Of a stretch of 64,000 nt of DNA, positions 12,785 through 24,583 are shown one piece after another (position 1 is the first letter of the stretch; each line of letters opens with the position of its first letter). A program made the position numbers and the translations under genes. The notes under the pieces were generated by a model. It was not told where the DNA came from. It was given only the letters and a program-made list of their open reading frames with translations, and did no database searches. This DNA comes from Eutreptiella sp. 'Long Island Sound 2002' (lineage: Eukaryota > Protista > Euglenida), in contig OZ038378.1 in the NCBI GenBank assembly GCA_964036045.1, forward strand, positions 184,574,001 through 184,638,000, written 5' to 3'.

Positions 12785-14968
12785 CTGCCAAGGCGAAGGG
12801 GATGCATGAGCGGGCAAATGCGCGCGAGCTGGTGCAGTGTGGCGTGCAGCGATGCCATAGCAGGCGCATGAGTGCAGTGGGGGGGCGTGCCATAGAAGCT
12901 GAAAGAATATGCCGGTGGGAATCCTCCACGGCAAGAGGGGGGGGGGGGGTCACTTGGGGCCCTGGGCCATTGCAGCCAATTCACCCACCCAATCACCCAT
13001 AGGTAAATTTTCTTCGGAAAAAATTTAAACTTAGTACGAGGCCCCGAAATTGGAAGCCGGTTTTAGGGCTGTTTTTTTGGCTTCTGACATCCCACACTAA
13101 CGCCCCCCCCCCTCGTACAAGAACACGCAGTCAAAATAGGAACACGCACGCATGCTCTTAATAGTGTGTCCAAAATAAGAACACACAGCCCATCCAGCCC
13201 GTTCCTGGATGGTTGCCGTTATTTCCTAGAGGCTTCTGCATGGTATTCGTCAACTACAATGAAATGCCTGGCTCCTTGGCAGGCTTGTGGCCCGCCTAAA
13301 TCATCCCGACTGCCCTTGACCCTTGAATCTTCGGAGGCAAAACCAGAGGCAGGCCTGTGCCTGAAGCAGAGGGAAGGCACAGAGCGCCTGTAAAACCAGC
13401 TGGTGGCAGTTGTGAGCAATCGGAGAACAGGAGCTTGCGGTTACAAACTGCTGGGACTGCAGTTGGAAGCGGTTGGGGCGGGCCTAGCATTTAACTATAA
13501 GTGCATCTTTATTCTCTATGCCAAACCTGGTTAAACCTCAAGACACACACTGTGTCTGAAACAGAAAACAGAACATCATGTCAGATAATCACAGGGCCCG
13601 GGGGGGGGGGGGGGCGCTGAAAGGGGTAGATGGGACAGGCAGGGACGATGGGAGGCACAGGGGTGGTTCCAGCACAGACTAGCAGCCACCCCAGAGGGGG
13701 GGTACCCCAGATTGGAAAGCTGTTTATGGCAGTGCGCCTCTCAAAAACGCAAACCAGTGCGTAAACCCATACCAACTGGCACACTTAGCGTCGATGGCGA
13801 ATACCCCCTCAAACGAGCACCTCAAAACCATCCACACTCCAAGTCAAAAAGCACCAACAGCACACCACAATGGTCCATGGTTCTTGATAGCCCTTACCAT
13901 CTTTGGTTGCCCTCAATAACCCTCCACAACAAGATCCTGTCCTCCATCACCGTCCAACATGCTCTACCTCCCGCAACCCTCAATGTGCGAAATGGCGGAC
14001 GGCTTCCCCGCTGGTCAGGCCTACGCTTGAAACGGGGGGGGTCTGTTTTTCTCTTTGACAGAAAGGTACCTATGGCCTATTTAATGGCCACTGGCGAGGG
14101 CCGGCTCTGTTTCATGTGCAAGTGTGTGCTGTTTACGTATTCCTAAGCCAAAGGAGAAAGGTGTTTTCAGCAGGTGAGGGTGGGACAGTCGTCCCTCTGC
14201 TCACAAAGGCTGCTTCGGCCCCTTGGCGTCCCTCCCATGCCGGCGCCAGCAATGCTTCACACAACAGCAAGCAGGAGGCAAAAAGGCTCCCGTGCGAGAA
14301 ATCGAAGCCCGGCCGCCCGGGTCTTTAACTTGGAAATCCTAACCACTAGACCACACGGGATTTCTGAGACGCAGAGGCCCTCAGCAGCAGCGGGAAAGGG
14401 GTGTGCTTCCGGTGTCTTTCCCAATACAGCGAAAATTGGAGCGTGCCCAGCACGGCTGCCGTGAGAAATGTGACAGGGCCCGGGGATTCCGGATCACCAA
14501 GTGGTACCCGTCAGCGGATGCGCCGCATTCCAGGCATGTCGCCTTTTCGCATTTTCGAGGAACCACCCGGGGCACCTCCTCAGCCCGCAGGCTGATACCT
14601 GGTTGTGGGTAGGCTCACGGGAATAGGGGATGTCGGGGGCGGGGGGGGGGGGGGTGCGGAGCATTTCGAAAAATTGTAAAGGGGTGCTGAAATTTGTTTC
14701 GGGTATGGAGGACTGTGGAGAGTTGCGATTGCTGACAACAATTGTTGACAAACTTCTTCAAGTATACAAACGTGTCACCAAATTTAAACAAGAGTCGACA
14801 ATAATGGACAATGGTCTACATGTGCGGACAAGTGTGTGCTGGTGTCGACAGATGTCAAAAGGTGTCACAGGTGCCGACAAGGGACGCTTAGTGAGTCCAA
14901 CAATCTGACAAGGGTCATCACATTGAATCCACAAATGCAAACCCAGATTACACAGCAGCATCGCATAC

Positions 14969-15123
14969 CAATGCTGAAAACCACGTTCTTTAATGGCTGG
15001 TCAACTTTCAAGATGAACGTGTTGTTTGCCTGCATGTCGTATCGTGGAGCGGTTCCAAACATACTCAGGCAAGTAGTATCATACTCGAAGTATCGAGCCA
15101 CATCAATATCAGTGAAGATTTTC
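14969..15123 (-). CDS. Calpain exon 3, end of CysPc and start of domain III
   Basis: Acceptor ctcgtttAG|G is phase 2 and restores YFR-KIFTDIDVARYF; donor ATT G|GTATGC. Confidence 0.8.
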
Positions 15124-16009
15124 CTAAACGAGCAACAAAGACCTGCTGTTTCGTGTGGAGATGCCATTAAACTTTTGGCGGCCGGGGAGTGGGGAAAATG
15201 GAATGGGGTGGGGGGAATTTTGCGATTTTGAGCCGAAAACCCCCATTATCCGGGTCCCGAACCTGTGGGGCTTGCCGAGGCTGTGTGGAATGAGGCGTAA
15301 TTGTGCCAGATGCCAAATGCCATGTTGGGGCTGGGCTGGGCAGCAAGACCATCATGAGTGGTCCAATCAAACTGTAGTCCAGCATTGAGAAGCGTCCGCA
15401 TGCGAGGAGGGTGCACGCTTTTGGGGGCATGCTTAGGGACCCAGCGAGTGCCCGCTGAATCTTGCTCACCCCAGTTTGGGGGCTCATGCAATCTAGTAAA
15501 TTACCGTGTCACGCAACCGGCGCCCAGTGCAATGTCTTTTGTGTTGTCAGGCGGGCAGAGAATTTTAGTATCATGACCCCTGACGGAAAGTCGGTGGAGA
15601 TCATTTTACTTTTCTCAAGGCCAACGACAACCGGCGTTGCTGGGCCTGCCTGCCTCATGCCTTTCACAGAGTAGGCGGTGTCAGACTTCTATTGGCCTCC
15701 AGGAGAGCCAACATCACCCTACGAGATGATCGCCCCCGCTCGCACTATTATGTTCCCACGTATTGTGCCTGGGCAGGTAGCATACATCGATGGGTGGCCA
15801 TTCTCAGCCCCCCCGCATGTGCCTTTATGACTGCACCACCACCAGCCTGTTGCTTAGACCCACATCAGAAGAATTTTCCTCAGGGAAAAACGAAATTTTG
15901 TCAGGGGGCCAGAAATGGTGAGGCGGATTTTAGGTACACAAACTCTTTGTTGGCATCTGACCCCCTCCCCCCCTTGGGGGGTTTTGGCATGACGCCATGG
16001 TGTGATGAT

Positions 16010-16250
16010 CTTGTCTGCAGCTGGCGGCGCCTACTGGCCGATCGCCATTTGCTGCCCTTCCCTTGGACCCTTTCCCTCCATAGGCGGTGGTGCCCATCGG
16101 CTTCTCACCACCCTTTGACCTTCCTCTTCCTCCTTGCCCTAACCTTCCCTCTCCCCTCCCCTTTCCCTTCCCTTGGCCTTTCCCTCTGTAGGCCGCAGTG
16201 CCCATCGGCCTACCCACACTCCTTCCCTTCCCTTTCCCTTGGTCGGCTGG
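16010..16250. repeat. Dispersed purine/pyrimidine-skewed repeat cassette; related copies at about 34045-34150, 46560-46735 and 63340-63510
   Basis: The copies share sub-repeats like agtggtgagaggccgatgggcac(c/t)gccacct and, in several copies, agggagagag...aaggaaaggacaag, in either orientation. Confidence 0.75.
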
Positions 16251-17534
16251 GGGGGGGGGTCCGCCACACTGAGCAATAGCCTGACCAACACACATGCATG
16301 ACTGAATGCTATCAAAATAGGAGTTTCTATAAGTAGCGGAGCGGAGTGGCTGGCAAACGAATGGAGCCCAGCCACTGCATCTCCCAAGGCTTTCACATAT
16401 TCCAAAGCCCCTTTTTGGTGACTTCTGGACAGCAGGTTCGGCGGAGCACTAGCCATTTGTGATGCAGATTCACTCAAACAAGAAACATACCCTGTTTCCC
16501 TGTTTCCCACACGAAATTGACTGACCTCGAAATCCCCCCCCCCGTAAACTGGACAAATTCACCGCGCGTTCGGGGTGGTAATGTTTGTTACATTTTTGCG
16601 TACGGGCCTGATCGATCCTCCCAAACGCACAAAGTAGGGCTTTCATACAGACGCTTAAAAACATTCCAGTTAATAACCTTCATGCTTTCCGAAACCCATT
16701 TTCCTGCATCAATCAAAGGTCCACAGTACTATCCTGGACACCATATTGGATGGTGTGGATGCATGTGCAAAAAATCCTGCCTCAAATCCAACACCCAAAA
16801 TGACCTCGCAGAGGTTGTTAGATCAAAAACCACGGGGGCTTGCATCTAGAGGGGGGGGGGAGTTTGCCAGGGGACGATTTCAACGGGGATAATTTCGGAA
16901 GGGGAAAATTTCGCCACCTCCAGGAATCCTGAAGCTTGCTGATATTTCCTGGTGGGCTCTGGATGGCTCCTCTTATTTCCTGGTGGGCACTTTCAAAATC
17001 TTGGGCAACACGGCATTCCAATGCATTCCAGTCACACAACCACTGCGTGTTGTAAAAAAAACACATCTGAACCTTCCCTTTGAACCTTCCTTCCTCCGGG
17101 TACACTGCTGCACATTTCTGACTTCTCAGCACTCACCTGCATCTGAGTTTGCAGTAAAGTTGTTGGTCACACGCTGCGAAAAGTTCGCCGAGGGGAAAAT
17201 TTTGCCACTTTTCTGAACGGCGAAAATTTCCCTGCGAAATTTCCCCCTCCCCTGTGCAGGAAAACGCCACATACCACCTTTTTGTGCCCATAAGCGCACC
17301 AAACCTCAAGGGGTGAAGGCAGTTGAATCCCTTGTAACCCCCCAGATGAAACCCACTTTTGGGGGGGGGGGGGGGTGCGGGTCCGGGGGGATCGAAAGAC
17401 GTGAATCGTTTGGGGTTTTCGATTTTTGGTCCCCAAAAAAGCATTTTCGGGTCATGAACTGTGCACACCCCTGTCCTGTCCCTCTGCGCCCACCCACTTG
17501 CCACGACAGGCAAACCCTGACAGTGCTTGCATAC

Positions 17535-17998
17535 CGGAAATAATCCCAAGGCATCCAAAATGCGCCATCCGCCTTCATCTCCGGTGCCAGCTCCCGCTTG
17601 TGGATTGGATTGCGATTCCATTCCGAAGAGCGGTCAGAATATGGGCCCGTCCACTCCGCATCGTTGCCCCATGGGTTGCGGACCCGGACAAACGCCTGCC
17701 CATCACTGGTCACGGAGCACTTCAATACCGAGTAGGCATGGCCTTTGAACAAGCCGTACACTGCCCCCTGTTCACCCGCACGGCCGGCGCCGGCGGCTTC
17801 TCGGACGTGGTTCCCAACAGCGCACCCCAACACAGTGAGGGGGTCGTCGCAAATTGCCTTGAAGGCCGAGTGGTCCGACCCCCCGTACTTCTGCGCATCT
17901 TTTCTGCGCAGGTCCAAAGTATAGGCCAAGCCCCCGGTCAAATCCTCCAGAGCTTGTCGGGTCCAACCCCCATCGATGGAATCCCAACAGAAATGGAC
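17535..17998 (-). CDS. Calpain exon 2, CysPc subdomain IIb with catalytic His and Asn
   Basis: Acceptor gatatgcAG|GTC and donor CG|GTATGC. Motifs ALEDLTGG, GHAYSV, VRVRNPWG, EWTGPYSD and DGAFWMPW. Confidence 0.93.
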
Positions 17999-19503
17999 CT
18001 GCATATCAGTGGAAACGCATGATGGGGACAGGCAGAGGGAAGGAGCATACAATGCTTTGGACGGGGTGCTCATCTGCGGGGCTGTGGATGTGCATGCTGT
18101 TGATCTTCCCGCTGCAGGTGCCGGGGTAGTTGACGAGGCTGAGACCCACCGGGCCGTAGATGCCACGGCCGTGCGTGCCAGGGGCGCTCCAGCCGGACAA
18201 CTCTAATCATTGTGACCACGCCCCATTTGTCAAAACCCCATGATGTAAAATCGTCCTTTTGCGGCACCTTTCCAGGCACAAGGCAAACAAACACTTGGTT
18301 ACAACGACCAGTGTGAGTACACAACTTGCAACACTTGCCAAGCTCAATGCCGTGTCCGTGAATGCCGCCGTGGGTTTTGTTTCGGTTTGCCACCGGCGCG
18401 CACGCGTGCGGACCCAACAAGCTTGCGAGTCTGTGTCACTTCCTGGGAACTTGGGTTGTGACAGCGGGGAATCCTCCGCGCAGGAACGGCCGCACCCGGT
18501 GCCTCGGAGACACAGAGTGATTGTACTCCAAGTTCATATGATTGGTGGTCAATGATGGCACTATGTAGTGCACAAGAAGCCGCCCCTGCCCCCCGACATG
18601 AGCATGGGAGGGTGGCGCTACAGGCCGGGCACGGGGGCGTAGGGGTGCACCCCTCGCACACCACATAATGGAGGGGTTTAGGGTGTGTACGGTCCGAATC
18701 CGGGAGTTTTTGAGGTGTTTTCGCAGGATAATCTTTTGCAATTCAAAAAAACCGAAAAAAAAATACCTGCGCCCAAAAATGCAGAATCAAAGGGGGTTCC
18801 ACAGATTCCGACCGGGTACTCTGGTACCGGTTATGCATTATACGGATAAATCATACGGATAAATCAGTCAGTGGATGTCCATAATCGCCCTTTCTATGGT
18901 AATCGGCCCGGACTTCCGTTACATTTCGACTCAATCCCTGGTATCCGCTTGCGGGTTCCTGGCATACTTGGCGCTCACACCTGCCATGGCAGGTGTCGGG
19001 CGGCATGGCGCACAAAGCCAGGGCAGGCACAGGGTTTCTACGGCTCGGCGGCGGGCCTTGGTCCAGAGCCCCCCACAAGCGTCCCCTCAAAGGGGGCTCA
19101 ACTGAACGGAACTCCGGGGCAGGCCCCTTCCGTAGTCTAAGGTATCCATTGAAAACTGCTGAAGGGTCCCGGACGCCTGAATGGTGGGAAACGTGCTTAA
19201 ACAGCACACGTGCAGCCCCAAATACCCAGCTGAATGGCACTCAGGAGTGTAGCCCCAGGAGCCTCAGGAGTGTAGGAAGGATGTGTGGGTTGATAGTCCC
19301 TTGTTTTCTGCAATCGACCGGTCCACAGGATTCGTACGACTTTCGCAATTCCCCTCGTGGGAGGGGCCCCCACAGACCTTCCCTGCACAGCAAGCTCTCC
19401 CGTCACGTTACGTGCCATGCCCCTGCAGCTGGAAGGGGCCCATGTGCAGGCCTGAGATGCCAGGGCAGAGCAAGAATCAGCGGGCTGTGGCACAAACAGA
19501 TAC

Positions 19504-20481
19504 CTTTGCGTAGGCCTTTTCAATGATCAGTGGCCAAAGTTCAGGCTCTGTGCCTGGTGATGCATATTGTGGCCAGACGTTGCCCCTGTTATCCGATGAA
19601 ACCGCAATCCAGTCATCCACAATCACCCACTCCCAGCCACCGTTTTTGAAAAACATTACGCCATATACCCCGTGTTTCACGTTCGAGTACACAAATAATC
19701 GTTGCAGAGGCTTCATGGATACAGCAGTGCTGCATGCAAGAGCACTAACAGCACCAATGTAAAAGCAATCCCCAACGGCACCCTGTACGATGTCGTTTGC
19801 CTGAATTCCTCCTGAGAACAGAGGAGCCCCTGGGTACAGCTCAGAGCTCCTCATAGCTTTGAGTGGCTCTGTCACGGTGCAGTCAGATGGGCAACCTTTG
19901 GGATACATGCTGTTGCGCTTGCCGTACCAAAAGTGTTCATCAAAGAATGGCTTGCCGTCTCGTTCGCACTCGGCAACAAGCTTTTTGCACGCGGCGACGC
20001 ACTTGTTTGCTGCATAATTGAACTGGCCTGCCACAGTGCTGGCATAATCCTTCTTCAGTTTAGCAGCCTTGATTTCTGAGCTGGTCACTTCAGCTGTGGT
20101 CACCCCATTCCCTTGCCGTTTGACATGGTATACGGAGGGCCGCAGCCTGGGGTCTCTTCTGCAATACGCAGGGACGTTCCACTCACCAAGCCCTAACTCG
20201 GCAAATGGATCACCTCCGTACTTCAAGGCCTTCATCTTGACAGATCCTTGCGAGACGTGCTCTTGGGCAGCAGCCCTTGCTTTAGCTCCTTTTCCATTAC
20301 TCCGTTCAACTCTCTCAATTAACTCCCGCAGCAGGGGCTTGAAATCGTCTGGCTGGAATTCGATCAGCTTTTGAACAAACATGTCCACGAATTGGGGAAC
20401 GTTATTTTCGTTCAAGAAATCCCGGATTTCTTGCTCGTCCATCTTTCCACCTGCATCTGGGGCCATACCTCCTTGCATCAT
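19504..20481 (-). CDS. Calpain exon 1, N-terminal RIIa/DPY-30-like docking domain plus CysPc subdomain IIa with catalytic Cys
   Basis: ATG at 20481; motifs PFFDEHF, DIVQGAVGDCFY, WEWVIVDD and LWPLIIEKAYAK; donor AAG|GTATCT. The N-terminus FLNENNVPQFVDMFVQKLIEFQPDDFKPLLRELI resembles a D/D domain. The frame is open upstream to 20607, so an upstream coding exon is not excluded. Confidence 0.93.
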
Positions 20482-20521
20482 TGCAATTAGACCAAGCAGA
20501 AGATGGAGGGACAACCCCTGC

Positions 20522-20545
20522 CTAAACAACAAAAGCACATAATGT
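20522..20545 (-). promoter_or_regulatory. Splice-acceptor-like site about 40 nt upstream of the calpain ATG (5'-UTR intron or trans-splice acceptor)
   Basis: The minus strand reads tgtgcttttgttgtttAG, with AG at 20523-20522. Confidence 0.4.
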
Positions 20546-21578
20546 TCAAGGAAAAAACCCGTTGTAGCTTCAAAATGCTGACGCCCGTTTTCTGGCGAAA
20601 GACCCAACGTCGTGCGACAACATGGGAAGTGGACAGGCTTTTCGGAGTGCCATAGGGGTAGCCACGTGTGGGAGCCTTAGCCCTACGAATCCAGGGGCTT
20701 CCCTCATTCCGAGCCCAAATTAGAGTTCTTCCAAACCCATACACCAGACAACAGTAGTCATTAGTGCAAGCACTCCCCGCACTGCTGCTGGGCTGGATAT
20801 TTGCAACTAAGTCAAAGCGCAACTCAAATTAAGATGCAGGTTCAAGGAACGTCTGCACAAGTTGCAGTGACGACACAGAAAAGTTCACGGAAAATCCAAC
20901 CTCATGCCGTGCAATAAAAAAACGTTGGAACATGGTAGAACGTCCAAATCTGATTGGACAAGCACTCACCTGGATGACACACAGCCATGGAACTTTCTGA
21001 GTTGCTGCCCCTGGTCGTGCTCACACAAAACGCAGTGGCAGGCGTGAGACCGTTAAGGCGACAAAGGGAGCTTGTGTGGTGTCATGCTTGTGCCTGTTTC
21101 GTTGACTGCCACGCGCACTGTGGCACAGGCAGCAACCCTGAGAGTGCCGACCCTTCACTTAGCCGCCTTGCCAGCCATGCTTCGGGATACGTGCACACAA
21201 GCAAAGCAAATCCGACCTCCTTCCTGGTATTCCTGGTATGGGCAAAGACCAAATCGTGCCTTGGGTGCTGTACCACGTACCGCATGCCAATGGCAGTGAA
21301 GATTGAAGCGCTGAAGTCAAGTCTTTTGGGGGGGCTTGCAAGACCCTGCTGCATTACCTCCGATGCATTAGTTGCACCCCCAAGTTACTTGTACTTTCCA
21401 TTGCATTGCACATGCAACACTCCATTTCCGATGGCAACAACAACATGGGATAACAAAGTAGTCTATCAACGTTTGACATCCACTTGCTACGCCAGTGATT
21501 TTGTATATATTATAACTACTTTACAGTCAACTTTACAATCCCCAGAGCGCACACGGCAAGATTGCGGCCACCGAAATT

Positions 21579-21630
21579 CGCAAGTGTTATCCGGAGAAAC
21601 GCGTTTTCTCCGGATAAGGGCTTATCCGGA
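21579..21630 (+). repeat. Left outer TIR of the foldback element
   Basis: cgcaagtgttatccggagaaacgcgttttctccggataagggcttatccgga is the reverse complement of 26513-26564 except A21616/C26527. Confidence 0.95.
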
Positions 21631-21910
21631 GAAAATTGGCGCGGAGGCGCCAGAACAGCCGCAGAACAGCCGCCAGAGTCAAAAACGTCAAAACCGGGAT
21701 CGAACCGTCTCTGGCGGATATGGCTAAGCAGATACGGGTCCGCAGGCAGATACTGTGGATACGAGCACGCGCGTCAAATTTCAGGCCTACAGTCCCTCGA
21801 AACGTCCCTCGAAACACTGTGAAAAGCGGTCTGTAGACCAATTTTCCGTGAAATTTTCACAGCACAAGTGAGTAGTGTGAAGTAAATGATGAAATCCATT
21901 ACATTGCCAT

Positions 21911-24511
21911 TGTTCATGCACACCAAAAGCATGTCCGTTTTGATTTTCATCCGTTTCTCCCTCATGTTTCATGCACCATCCATCTATGCTTTTTTTTATC
22001 CGTTTTCGATCTTGGTTATTCGCCATCATTGACCCATGCGCAACCTCCCCTTCAAAACAATGTTCAGCCATGTTCATGTGTTGTTCCATCCATGCACACC
22101 AAAAGCATGTTAGTTTTGTTTTCATCCGTTTCTCCCTCCTATTTCATGTCCATCTATCCTTTTTTTATCCATTTCCCTCATTTCCATATTTTGATCTTGG
22201 TTATTGGCCACATGACAACTATCCCTCCCCTCTTTTGCCATGCACAACCTCCCCTTCAAAACAATGTTCATCCATGTTCATCTGTTATTCCATCCATGCA
22301 CACCAAAAGCATGTTAGTTTTGTTTTTCATCCGTTTCTCCCTCCTATTTCCTGTCCATCTATCCTTTTTTTATCTATTTCCCTCATTTCCATATTTTGAT
22401 CTTGGTTATTGGCCACATGACAACTATCCCTCCCCTCTTTTGCCATGCACAACCTCCCCTTCAAAACAATGTTCATCCATGTTCATGTATTGTTCCATCC
22501 ATGCACACCAAAAGCATGTTAGTTTTGTTTTCATCCGTTTCTCCCTCCTATTTCATGTCCATCTATCCTTTTTTTGTCCATTTCCCTCATTTCCATATTT
22601 TGATCTTCGTTATTGGCCACGACAACTATCCCTCCCCTCTTTTGCCATGCACAACCTCCCCTTCAAAACAATGTTCATCCATGTTCATGTGTTATTTCAT
22701 CGATGCACACCAAAAGCATGTTAGTTGTGTTTTTCATCCATTTCTCCCTCCTATTTCATGTCCATCTATCCTTTTTTTGTCCATTTCCCTCATTTCCATA
22801 TTTTGATCTTGGTTATTGGCCACATGACAACTATCCCTCCCCTCTTTTGCCATGCACAACCTCCCCTTCAAAACAATGTTCATCCATGTTCATCTGTTAT
22901 TCCATCCATGCACACCAAAAGCATGTCACTTTCGTTTTCCCCTCCTATTTCATGTCCATCCATCCTTTTTTTATCTATTTCCCTCATTTCCATATTTTGA
23001 TCTTCGTTATTGGCCACATGACAACTATCCCTCCCCTCTTTTGCCATGCACAACCTCCCCTTCAAAACAATGTTCATCCATGTTCATGTGTTATTCCATC
23101 CATGCACACCAAAAGCATGTTACTTTCGTTTTCCCCTCCTATTTCATGTCCATCCATCCTTTTTTTATCCATTTCCCTCATTTCCATATTTTGATCTTGG
23201 TTATTGGCCACATGACAACTATCCCTCCCCTCTTTTGCCATGCACAACCTCCCCTTCAAAACAATGTTCATCCATGTTCATCTGTTATTCCATCCATGCA
23301 CACCAAAAGCATGTTAGTTTTGTTTTTCATCCGTTTCTCCCTCCTATTTCCTGTCCATCTATCCTTTTTTTATCTATTTCCCTCATTTCCATATTTTGAT
23401 CTTGGTTATTGGCCACATGACAACTATCCCTCCCCTCTTTTGCCATGCACAACCTCCCCTTCAAAACAATGTTCATCCATGTTCATGTATTGTTCCATCC
23501 ATGCACACCAAAAGCATGTTAGTTTTGTTTTCATCCGTTTCTCCCTCCTATTTCATGTCCATCTATCCTTTTTTTGTCCATTTCCCTCATTTCCATATTT
23601 TGATCTTCGTTATTGGCCACGACAACTATCCCTCCCCTCTTTTGCCATGCACAACCTCCCCTTCAAAACAATGTTCATCCATGTTCATGTGTTATTTCAT
23701 CGATGCACACCAAAAGCATGTTAGTTGTGTTTTTCATCCATTTCTCCCTCCTATTTCATGTCCATCTATCCTTTTTTTGTCCATTTCCCTCATTTCCATA
23801 TTTTGATCTTGGTTATTGGCCACATGACAACTATCCCTCCCCTCTTTTGCCATGCACAACCTCCCCTTCAAAACAATGTTCATCCATGTTCATCTGTTAT
23901 TCCATCCATGCACACCAAAAGCATGTCACTTTCGTTTTCCCCTCCTATTTCATGTCCATCCATCCTTTTTTTATCTATTTCCCTCATTTCCATATTTTGA
24001 TCTTCGTTATTGGCCACATGACAACTATCCCTCCCCTCTTTTGCCATGCACAACCTCCCCTTCAAAACAATGTTCATCCATGTTCATGTGTTATTCCATC
24101 CATGCACACCAAAAGCATGTTACTTTCGTTTTCCCCTCCTATTTCATGTCCATCCATCCTTTTTTTATCCATTTCCCTCATTTCCATATTTTGATCTTGG
24201 TTATTGGCCACATGACAACTATCCCTCCCCTCTTTTGCCATGCACAACCTCCCCTTCAAAACAATGTTCATCCATGTTCATCTGTTATTCCATCCATGCA
24301 CACCAAAAGCATGTTAGTTGTGTTTTTCATCCATTTCTCCCTCCTATTTCATGTCCATCTATCCTTTTTTTGTCCATTTCCCTCATTTCCATATTTTGAT
24401 CTTGGTTATTGGCCACATGACAACTATCCCTCCCCTCTTTTGCCATGCACAACCTCCCCTTCAAAACAATGTTCATCCATGTTCATCAGTTATTCCATCG
24501 ATTCCATTTTT
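21911..24511 (+). repeat. Left-arm tandem array, 13 monomers of about 176-205 bp, pyrimidine-rich strand
   Basis: Anchor caccaaaagcatg at 21921, 22097, 22301, 22506, 22708, 22913, 23107, 23301, 23506, 23708, 23913, 24107 and 24301. Confidence 0.97.
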
Positions 24512-24583
24512 CGATTCCATTTTCCCTCCGAATGGTTGTTGCGTTATTGTCACAGGGTTGTAGGAAACAAAACATGAGTATAC

